62,182 nt of DNA, taken from contig CAYWBE010000001.1 in assembly GCA_964456295.1 (NCBI GenBank), positions 1 through 62,182 on the forward strand, in the 5' to 3' direction. Of the stretch, positions 28,394 through 35,522 are shown piece by piece (position 1 is the stretch's first letter; every line of letters starts with the position of its first letter). The notes beneath the pieces were generated by a model. That model was not told where the DNA came from and did not search any database. It saw nothing but the letters and a program-made list of their open reading frames with translations. The translations under genes and the position numbers were made by a program. This stretch comes from an uncultured Candidatus Nemicrothrix sp. GTDB lineage: Bacteria; Actinomycetota; Acidimicrobiia; Acidimicrobiales; MedAcidi-G1.

Positions 28394-29788
28394 ATGGGGG
28401 CCATGCGGCGCCGGGAGTTCCTGACCGGGCTGGCGGCCACCGTGGGCCTGGCGGCCTGCGGCTCAGCAGCGGTGGACACACGCTCTGGCGTCCGGACCGG
28501 CTCAGTGGCATCGACGGCCGGCGCCCCACCGGCCGGCTCGCCACTCCCCGAACTGGTGGACTGGCGGATCACCCGGTGGAGGGCCGACCCGTGGGCCCGG
28601 GGCGCCTACTCGTACCTCGCTCCCGGAGCGTCGTCCGCCACCCGCCGCACCCTGGCTGCGCCGGTCGACGACCGGCTCTTCTTCGCCGGGGAGGCCACCG
28701 ACGTGGACCACCCGGCCACCGTGCACGGGGCACTGGCCTCGGGCCGACGGGCGGCGGCCGAGGTGCTGGCCACCGCGCCCCCCGATCCGGTCGTGGTGGT
28801 GGGCGCCGGCGTGGCCGGTCTGGGCGCGGCCCGTGACCTGGTGGCAGCCGGGCGGTCGGTGGTGGTCCTCGAGGCCCGGGACCGGATCGGTGGTCGGGTG
28901 TGGAGCGAGGACGTGGGCGACGCGGTGGTCGACCTCGGTGGTTCGTGGCTCCACGGGCTGCGGGACAACCCGGTCGCCGGGATCGCCGAGTCGCTCGGCG
29001 TCGACCTGGTCCGCACCGACTACGAGGACGCGCTCCTCTTCGACGCCGACGGCAGGCCGGTGCCGTGGTCCCGCCTGGATGACCACTACGAGGCCGTCGA
29101 GGCGCTGCTGGACTCCAGTGCCTCCACGTCGTCGATGTCGGGGGCGGTGGAGGAACTCCGAAGCCGGTTCAGCGGCGACGACCGTCGGTACCTCGACTAC
29201 GTACTGACCTCGGAGGTCGACCACTGGTACGCAGCAGGCCCCGAGGACCTCTCGTTCGCCGCCGTACACGAGGGCGGGTGGTCGCGGGGTGGCGATGCCG
29301 TCCCCCGGACCTCGTACCGACCCATCGTGGACTGGATGGCCGACGGCCTGGACGTCCGGACCGGTGAAGCCGTGGAGGCCATCCGGTCGGGCGGAGCCGA
29401 CACCATCGTGTCGACGGTGCGTGGCGAGCACCGGTGTGGGGCCGTGGTGATCACCATCCCCCTCGGTGTCCTGCAGGCCGGGGCCGTCGAGTTCCAGCCA
29501 ACCCTCCCGGGGCCGAAGCGGGTGGCCATCGGGGCTCTGGGCATGGGCGTGATGGACAAGGTGGTCCTGCGGTTCGCCGAGCCGTTCTGGCCCACCGGGG
29601 TCGACCTGTTCTCCCATGCCTCGGAGCCACCGGGCCGGTTCGTGGAGTGGTACAACGCGGTGCCGTGGACCGAGCGACCGATCCTGGTCGGCTTCAACGC
29701 CGGCCGTCCGGCTGACGAGGTGGAGCGGTGGTCCGACGACGAGACCCTGGATGCCGCCCTCGGGGTCCTGGGCCGGATCCGATGGTGA
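28394..29788 (+). CDS. flavin-containing amine oxidase, Tat-exported lipoprotein, circularly permuted domain order
   Basis: The start is taken at MGAMRRREFLTGLAATVGLAAC (twin-Arg motif plus lipobox). The canonical C-terminal FAD segment (RWRADPWARGAYSY...RLFFAGEAT...TVHGALASGRRAA) precedes the canonical N-terminal VVVVGAGVAGLGAARDL...VVVLEARDRIGGR motif. Confidence 0.85.
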   Translation: MGAMRRREFLTGLAATVGLAACGSAAVDTRSGVRTGSVASTAGAPPAGSPLPELVDWRITRWRADPWARGAYSYLAPGASSATRRTLAAPVDDRLFFAGEATDVDHPATVHGALASGRRAAAEVLATAPPDPVVVVGAGVAGLGAARDLVAAGRSVVVLEARDRIGGRVWSEDVGDAVVDLGGSWLHGLRDNPVAGIAESLGVDLVRTDYEDALLFDADGRPVPWSRLDDHYEAVEALLDSSASTSSMSGAVEELRSRFSGDDRRYLDYVLTSEVDHWYAAGPEDLSFAAVHEGGWSRGGDAVPRTSYRPIVDWMADGLDVRTGEAVEAIRSGGADTIVSTVRGEHRCGAVVITIPLGVLQAGAVEFQPTLPGPKRVAIGALGMGVMDKVVLRFAEPFWPTGVDLFSHASEPPGRFVEWYNAVPWTERPILVGFNAGRPADEVERWSDDETLDAALGVLGRIRW

Positions 29789-29819
29789 CGCCCCGGGCGG
29801 GTGGGCCGTCATCGGGACC

Positions 29820-30692
29820 GTGGCGTCCTGCGGGCATGCTGGATCGGTGAGCGACGACACGACACCACAGGGGGAACCGCTCGCCGGCTGGCGGGTCGGG
29901 GTGACCGCCGATCGCCGGGCCGACCAGCAGGCCGACGTGCTTCGGCGACGGGGCGCCGAGGTGGTGGTGGGAACCACCATGCGGACCCTCGACCTGAGCG
30001 ACGACGACCGCCTGCTGGCGGCATCTCGTTCCCTGGTGTCCGAGCCGCCGACCACCACGGTGCTCCAGACCGGGATGGGGCTCACCATGTGGCTCGACGC
30101 CATGGACGCCGCCGGCCTCGGCGACGACCTCCGACGGGCCCTGGCCGGCTCTGAGGTGCTGGCCCGGGGGCCCAAGGCGGTCAGCGCGGCCCGGAAGGCC
30201 GGCCTCGAGGTGGCGTGGTCGGCACCTGACGAGCTGTACGCCCAGGTGGTGGACCACGTGGTGGCCACCGGTGGGCGGGGCCGACTGGCCCTCCAGTTGG
30301 ACGGGACCGACGAGGAGGTGTTGGTCGGGCCACTTGCCGAGGCCTGCGCCGAGGTGGTGGTGGTCCCGGTCTACCGCTGGGCCTGGCCCACCGATGTCGA
30401 ACCGGCCAGGGCGTTGGTCGACGCGGTGTGCGACGGCGGAGTGGACGCCGTGACGTTCACGACCCGGCAGGCCGCCGTGCACCTCGTGGAGATCGCCGGG
30501 GCGATGGACCGTGGAGTCGAGCTGGTGGCCGCCCTGGACGGAACCCGAGTGGTGCCGGTGTCGGTCGGGCCGGTCTGCTCGACGGCCATGCGGGATCTCG
30601 GCATGACCGGACTCGTGGAACCGACCCGGGCCCGCCTCGTGGCCATGGTCGACGCCCTGGTGGAAGAGGCTGTTCGTCGGGCCGGCGCCTGA
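29820..30692 (+). CDS. uroporphyrinogen-III synthase (HemD) family protein
   Basis: Two-lobe HemD pattern (GWRVGVTADRRADQQADVLRRRGAEVV ... VDAVTFTTRQAAVHLVE). The start is uncertain: in-frame GTGs at 29820 and 29847. The track ORF from 29616 lies inside the amine oxidase gene. Confidence 0.62.
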   Translation: MASCGHAGSVSDDTTPQGEPLAGWRVGVTADRRADQQADVLRRRGAEVVVGTTMRTLDLSDDDRLLAASRSLVSEPPTTTVLQTGMGLTMWLDAMDAAGLGDDLRRALAGSEVLARGPKAVSAARKAGLEVAWSAPDELYAQVVDHVVATGGRGRLALQLDGTDEEVLVGPLAEACAEVVVVPVYRWAWPTDVEPARALVDAVCDGGVDAVTFTTRQAAVHLVEIAGAMDRGVELVAALDGTRVVPVSVGPVCSTAMRDLGMTGLVEPTRARLVAMVDALVEEAVRRAGA

Positions 30693-30713
30693 GCGGTCGA
30701 ACCGGGCCGACGG

Positions 30714-31031
30714 TCAGCGGGGCCTGGTCGGCCGGTCGAAGGTCGCGTCGTCGACCCCGATCTGACGAGCCCATCGCCGGGCCCAGCGACCGGCCACCGG
30801 ATCCAGGTGATCGGCGGCCCCGACCAGCCAGTCCATCGGGAGTTCGTCGGTGACCCATCCCCGGTCGGTCAGTCTGAACCCACCGCGGGAGCCGAACCGG
30901 CCCGCCAGGAGGTAGAGGCCGAGGAAGTCGCCGTCCGGATCGGCCTCGGCCAGGTACACGCGGTCAGGCCTGGGGAGGCCATGGTCCCGGTAGTCCGGCC
31001 CCGGGCCGAGGGGGTCGATGTTGTTCGCCAT
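30714..31031 (-). CDS. hypothetical protein (105 aa)
   Basis: ORF with reasonable composition. I recognised no family. Confidence 0.4.
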   Translation of the reverse strand: MANNIDPLGPGPDYRDHGLPRPDRVYLAEADPDGDFLGLYLLAGRFGSRGGFRLTDRGWVTDELPMDWLVGAADHLDPVAGRWARRWARQIGVDDATFDRPTRPR

Positions 31032-31082
31032 GCCTGACCTGTACCGACCGGACGTGACGAAATCGGCCGACCGGCCCCAGGG

Positions 31083-31661
31083 TCACCCCAGTTCCACCGG
31101 CCTCGAGTAGAGGAGTTCGTGGATCATGCGCTGTGCGGCACCATCCGAGCGCCAGGGCGCCCCCGAACCGGAGGATGCCGCCGCCCCTGGTCTCCGCCGG
31201 GAGCGCATGCCGACCACCCGGTCATCGGGAACGGCCCGCAGCCCCGTGGCCCCGGCACCGTCGGCGGGTTGGTCGAGGGCCCACGAGAACGCGGCCTGCC
31301 GGAATGCCTCGACCCGTCGATCCTGACGTCGGACCTCGCGGTCGAGGTCGGCCAACTGCAGCAGACAGACGTACCCCGAGCCCTCGACCAGCGCGCCGAC
31401 CGCATCGGGGAGGGCAGCGAACGGAACCCGGCCAGCCTCACAGTCTTCGACCAGTTCCTCGTCCAGTCCGTGCTGCTCGGCGAAGGCCGCACGATCCGTC
31501 CCGATCACACCCCGGGCTGCCACCGCGGTGGCCGCGGCCACCGGGTGGACCAGTCCGGCCTCCCGGTAGCGGGTGGCCAGGCCCAGCACCGCGTGGGTCA
31601 TCTCCATGGGCATGCCCGGTGGGCCAGCCCGTCGGTCGCCCGCCCCCCGGTCGCCGATCAT
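31083..31661 (-). CDS. hypothetical protein, translationally coupled to the sigma-like gene
   Basis: The start is taken at ATG 31661, an ATGA overlap with the upstream stop. There is no TM segment and no ZAS motif. A possible short HTH is AFAEQHGLDEELVEDCEAG. Confidence 0.45.
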   Translation of the reverse strand: MIGDRGAGDRRAGPPGMPMEMTHAVLGLATRYREAGLVHPVAAATAVAARGVIGTDRAAFAEQHGLDEELVEDCEAGRVPFAALPDAVGALVEGSGYVCLLQLADLDREVRRQDRRVEAFRQAAFSWALDQPADGAGATGLRAVPDDRVVGMRSRRRPGAAASSGSGAPWRSDGAAQRMIHELLYSRPVELG

Positions 31662-32395
31662 GCGGCCAACCACCAGATCTCGAGCAACGGCACCAGCGAC
31701 GGGTCGTCGTCGATGGCGGCCAGCAGCTTCCGGCGGGTCCGCGAGAAGATCTGCCGGACGTTGTCGGGGCTGAGCCGGAACTCGCGGGCCACGGTGTGTG
31801 AAGGCGACGGGTCGCCGTTGGACCGCTGGACCACGTACTCCAGCACCACCTCGTAGTCACGCTCGGACGCCACCTCGCGCAACGTGTCCAGGAGGAGCCG
31901 GACGAACGGGTGGCGGCAGGCCAGGCGGACGAAGTCCTCCACGACCCGGTCCTCACCGGTCGACTCACCCGGCGCCGGTGGACGACCACCGGCATCCTCC
32001 CCCTCGTCGAACGACCCGTCGTCGAGGTCGGTCACCCGGTGGCCGACGGCGTCGTAGACCATGGCCCGGATGGCCATCGATGCCCACGTCCACGGCATCG
32101 CCCCACCGTCGGGGGACCAACCGGCCGCCCGGTCGCGGATCACCAGGCAGGCCCAGTTGACCAGACCGGTCATCTCGTCCTCGTCGCGCAGGATGTCGCG
32201 CCGGCCCATGTCCTCCAGCACCCGCCGGACCACGAAGCGCACCCTGTGCCCGTGCTCCTGGATGAGCGTGAAGAACGCCGCATCATCGCCACCCACGATG
32301 CGACGCATCAGATCGGCCACCTGCTCCCGATCGCCGCGGCCGGAGCCGCCATTCATTCCGTTGTTCGCCATTCCTCGCCAATTCCCTTTCGCCAA
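31658..32395 (-). CDS. divergent sigma-70/ECF-like RNA polymerase sigma factor (tentative)
   Basis: Region-2-like segment FFTLIQEHGHRVRFVVRRVLEDMG...EMTGLVNWACLVIRDRAAGW. Region-4-like HTH SERDYEVVLEYVV...HTVAREFRLSPDNVRQIFSRTRRKL. Alternative start at MANNGMNGG. Confidence 0.5.
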   Translation of the reverse strand: MAKGNWRGMANNGMNGGSGRGDREQVADLMRRIVGGDDAAFFTLIQEHGHRVRFVVRRVLEDMGRRDILRDEDEMTGLVNWACLVIRDRAAGWSPDGGAMPWTWASMAIRAMVYDAVGHRVTDLDDGSFDEGEDAGGRPPAPGESTGEDRVVEDFVRLACRHPFVRLLLDTLREVASERDYEVVLEYVVQRSNGDPSPSHTVAREFRLSPDNVRQIFSRTRRKLLAAIDDDPSLVPLLEIWWLAA

Positions 32396-32540
32396 TCACA
32401 CCGGAGAGTCGTTCCCCGACGTGCCTCCAGAATGACGATGGGGTGTGACATTCCTCGAAGACCCTTGAAACGACGGGGATCTGCAGGCGTCCACCCCACG
32501 CATCACCTGTTCGGCAGACGTGGCGTCGTCCCTCGCATGG

Positions 32541-32597
32541 GACGTACGGAACTGCTGTGACAGGGCCGTCACAGACCTGTCACGGACCCGTGACAGG
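32541..32597 (-). promoter_or_regulatory. TGTCACAG-N8-TACGTC promoter-like element plus two adjacent TGTCAC/GTGACA hairpins
   Basis: The minus strand reads ccTGTCACGGgtccGTGACAGGtcTGTGACggccctGTCACAGcagttccgTACGTC. The hairpins are 32555-32574 (7-bp stem) and 32576-32597 (8-bp stem). The element lies downstream of rmuC and upstream of the sigma-like gene. Confidence 0.4.
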
Positions 32598-32640
32598 CCC
32601 GCCGTAGGGCCGTATCGCTACCCGGGCAGGGCGGCCGGGC

Positions 32641-33882
32641 TCAGCTGTCGGCGTCGACCTCGTCAGCCGGAGTCGGCAGTTCGGCTGCCCGGAGGTCCCT
32701 CGGGACCACCTCGACGTCCGTCGGCAAGGCCAACTCGCCACTGCCCACCCCCAGGTCCGGGAACTTCCTCATGGTGGGCATCAGACGGTCGTCGACGGAA
32801 CCCACCAACTTGTTGTAGGCGCCGATCGCCGTTCCCAGGCCGCGACCGGTCTTGTCGACGTGCTCGAGCAGCGTCCCGACCCGGTCGTACAACTCAGTGC
32901 CCAACTCGGCGATCTCCCTCGCGTTCTCCGCCAACCGGGCCTGCTGCCAACCCCCGGCCACCGCCCACAGCAGGGCCAGCAGGTTCACCGGCGAGGCCAG
33001 GAGCACCCGCTGGGTCATGGCCTCCTGGAGCAGCCCGGGGTCGGCCCGCAGCGCGTCGGCCAGGAACGACTCACCGGGCACGAACAGCACCACGAACTCG
33101 GGCGACGGCTCACCGTCGGCCTCCCAGTACTTCTTCCCGGCCAGCGCCTTGACGTGGGCCTTCAGCGCCCCGGCATGGGCCTTCAACTCAGCGTCGACCA
33201 CCGCCTGGTCGGTGGCCTCCTGGGCACGCAGGTAGGCGTCCAGGGGAACCTTGGCGTCGACGAACAGCTGGGCGCCGTTGGGAAGCCGGACCTTCACGTC
33301 GGGCCGGATCCGATCACCGGCCCGGTTCTCGGCCGTGACCTGCTCGGTGAAGTCGCAGTACGGCTCCATGCCCGACAACTCGATGACGTTCCGGAGCTGG
33401 TTCTCACCCCAGGCACCCCGGGCCGACGACGAACGGAGCGCCTCGGTCAGGGTGGTGGTGCTGGTCTGCAGGTCCGACATCTGCCGACCCAGCTGCAGGG
33501 TCATGGCCCCCACCGCGCCCTTCTCCTTCTCGTGGGCGGCCTGGAGGTGGCCCACCGTCTCGCCCAACTTCTTCATCTGCTCGCCGAACGGACCGAGCAG
33601 CCCGCGGGTCTGCTCGTGGACCGCCCCCATCCGTTCGGTGGCCAGGGTCAGGAACTGGTCGTTGTTGTGCTTCAGGGCCGCCGACGCCGTTTCGGCCACC
33701 TGGGTCCCGACCTGGGCCCGGACCTCGGCACCGATCTGGGCGACCAGCGCCGCGGCGTCAATCTGCGATGCAGGTTCGGCCCCGCCCGGGCCGACCGGAG
33801 CGGGCCGGCGGAGGGCCCACACCACGGTCACGACCGTGACGAGGACGGAGAAGACGGCGACGAGGACCAGTGCAGTTTCCAT
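32641..33882 (-). CDS. rmuC: DNA recombination protein RmuC
   Basis: 413 aa. One N-terminal TM segment, a long coiled coil, and a C-terminal RmuC nuclease-like domain (ARGAWGENQLRNVIELSGM...DFTEQ...PDVKVRLPNG...FVDAK). Confidence 0.88.
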   Translation of the reverse strand: METALVLVAVFSVLVTVVTVVWALRRPAPVGPGGAEPASQIDAAALVAQIGAEVRAQVGTQVAETASAALKHNNDQFLTLATERMGAVHEQTRGLLGPFGEQMKKLGETVGHLQAAHEKEKGAVGAMTLQLGRQMSDLQTSTTTLTEALRSSSARGAWGENQLRNVIELSGMEPYCDFTEQVTAENRAGDRIRPDVKVRLPNGAQLFVDAKVPLDAYLRAQEATDQAVVDAELKAHAGALKAHVKALAGKKYWEADGEPSPEFVVLFVPGESFLADALRADPGLLQEAMTQRVLLASPVNLLALLWAVAGGWQQARLAENAREIAELGTELYDRVGTLLEHVDKTGRGLGTAIGAYNKLVGSVDDRLMPTMRKFPDLGVGSGELALPTDVEVVPRDLRAAELPTPADEVDADS

Positions 33883-33888
33883 GTGCCG

Positions 33889-33910
33889 AACGTAGGCGCG
33901 CCCTGTGACA
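33889..33910 (-). promoter_or_regulatory. RecA-NDp/PafBC-like promoter: TGTCACAG-N8-TACGTT, 6 nt before the rmuC ATG (leaderless)
   Basis: The minus strand reads ggtccTGTCACAGggcgcgccTACGTTcggcacATG. Confidence 0.45.
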
Positions 33911-33964
33911 GGACCGCGGAGGGAGGTGGAGGACGGGTCGAGGCAGCGCCCCGTCGGGTCACTC

Positions 33965-34003
33965 CGTCAGGTCGCCCCGTCAGGTCGCCCCGTCAGGTCG
34001 CCC
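33965..34003. repeat. 13-bp perfect tandem repeat x3 (cgtcaggtcgccc) spanning the PLD gene stop codon
   Basis: Units at 33965-33977, 33978-33990 and 33991-34003. On the minus strand each unit contains TGA, and a 13-nt period places a TGA in all three frames. Confidence 0.9.
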
Positions 34004-35432
34004 AGCCGGCGGGGTCGATGGCACAGGCGAAGCCGTTCCACGACCCACCGCCCGCCCGACTGGACGCGTTCTCCCGGGCCACCCCGATCAGGCGGGCCAG
34101 CGCGGTCCGGCCGTCCATGGCCTCCGAGTCGAAACCCCCCTGCTCGTCGACCTGACGCACCCGCAGGGACCGGGCGACGGCACCGGCCCCGGAACCGGCG
34201 TCCCAGAAGGACAGGTTCATCTCGGTGTCGCCCTGGAACGAACTGAACACGAGGTTGGTCGACCCGATGGTCGCCCAGACGTCGTCCACGACAGCCGTCT
34301 TGGCGTGCACGTACACCTCCTCGACGCCCCACGGTCGTCGCACCGCCGGAGCCGACAGGCAGAACCCGTCGTAGGCGGCCAACGACGCCAGGGCCTCGTA
34401 GCCGGCGGCGATCCCCGGGTGGGCCCGAGCGGCGGCCAGTTCGGGCATGGGGTCGCCGGGCACCGACGCCATCACCAGCACGCCCCGCTCCAGCGCCTCG
34501 CGCAAGGCCGCCAGCACCACCCGACTGAGCAGGACCTGGTCCTCGATGTAGACGTAGTCCCGTGCACCGGCGATGGCCGCCAGGTACTGCTCGCGCACCG
34601 AGTTCTCCCCGTCCGGTAGCTCCGGATAGAGGCCGGGCAGGACGCTGCGCTGCACCTGGGCCGTCGTCGGACCCGCCTCGACCGGGGCCAGGTCGACCGG
34701 ACGGGCCGACAGGTCGACCGTGCCGCCGGCGGGCCACGACCCGTGGGCACGACCCCGCTCCGAAGCGCCGTTCCAACGCATCACGAAGTTCTCGTGCACG
34801 TCGGCCACGCACGGCCCCCGCACCCCGCAGTGCACGTCGTGGATGTTGGAGTACCGCTCGCCCCGCTCGTAGCCCAGCGACGGGTCGGGCTCGCCGTGGT
34901 CCGGCCCGGCCATCGACCCCCGGGTGATGTTGATGCCACCCACGAAGGCCACCTCGTCGGTGGTCCCGGCGTCGACCAGCCACACCTTCTGGTGCTGGCA
35001 CTGCCACCCGACGGCGTCCCACCGGGCCTGCCACGCCGTGTCCCGCCCGGCCAGCAATGCCGACGACGACGCATCACCCGGGAAGGTGTCGTCGGCTCCG
35101 GCCGCATGGCCCAGGGGATGCCAGAACAGGACCCGGACGTCGACCCCCCGGGCCGCCGCGGCGTCCATCAGGTCGAGGAACGTGCCCCGCTGCCCGACAG
35201 AGCCGGGCCCCCCGGGGAACCGGGCCCCGACCTCGACGAAGGCCACGCACACCCACACCGAACTGGTGGCCGCCTCGACGGCCGCCGCGATCCGGTCGAA
35301 GGCCACCGCCCCGTCGACCAGCGGCACCACGAGGTTCCCCTCCCGGACGGGAAAGGCTCCGGTCGCCGGGGGGATCCGCGCCATCGGCCCTGACGTACCG
35401 GTCGGCCCGGTCGGATCTGTCGGGTCGGCCAC
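33993..35432 (-). CDS. phospholipase D / cardiolipin-synthase-like family protein with two HKD motifs
   Basis: 479 aa. HQKVWLVD and HAKTAVVDDVWATIGSTN. GTG start with TAGCGT 6 nt upstream. Confidence 0.83.
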   Translation of the reverse strand: MADPTDPTGPTGTSGPMARIPPATGAFPVREGNLVVPLVDGAVAFDRIAAAVEAATSSVWVCVAFVEVGARFPGGPGSVGQRGTFLDLMDAAAARGVDVRVLFWHPLGHAAGADDTFPGDASSSALLAGRDTAWQARWDAVGWQCQHQKVWLVDAGTTDEVAFVGGINITRGSMAGPDHGEPDPSLGYERGERYSNIHDVHCGVRGPCVADVHENFVMRWNGASERGRAHGSWPAGGTVDLSARPVDLAPVEAGPTTAQVQRSVLPGLYPELPDGENSVREQYLAAIAGARDYVYIEDQVLLSRVVLAALREALERGVLVMASVPGDPMPELAAARAHPGIAAGYEALASLAAYDGFCLSAPAVRRPWGVEEVYVHAKTAVVDDVWATIGSTNLVFSSFQGDTEMNLSFWDAGSGAGAVARSLRVRQVDEQGGFDSEAMDGRTALARLIGVARENASSRAGGGSWNGFACAIDPAGWAT

Positions 35433-35438
35433 GTCGGC

Positions 35439-35514
35439 ACGCTAGGTCGCCACCCGGGGCACCACCGGCAGGCCCGGCCCCGGCCACGCTCCACGACCTG
35501 CCCGATCGTAGGAT
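35439..35514. promoter_or_regulatory. back-to-back leaderless promoters (PLD gene leftward, amidotransferase gene rightward)
   Basis: The minus strand has TAGCGT (35444-35439) 6 nt before GTG 35432. The plus strand has TAGGAT (35509-35514) 8 nt before GTG 35523. Neither start has a Shine-Dalgarno sequence. Confidence 0.4.
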
Positions 35515-35522
35515 CCCGCCCC

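Noticed and set aside
32553-34003. Clustered short repeats (TGTCAC/GTGACA words, 13-bp x3) considered as a possible CRISPR or REP array
   Set aside because: There are only 3-4 copies with no spacers of regular length, no cas genes, and units far shorter than CRISPR repeats. They are better explained as hairpins, promoter motifs and a slippage repeat.
32641-35432. RmuC plus PLD-family (HKD nuclease-like) neighbours considered as a candidate phage-defence pair
   Set aside because: rmuC has the standard housekeeping architecture. The PLD protein looks like a two-HKD cardiolipin-synthase/PLD enzyme. The genes have separate leaderless promoters, and no other defence-island hallmarks are present (no methylase, helicase, toxin or mobile element). 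I see no positive evidence.
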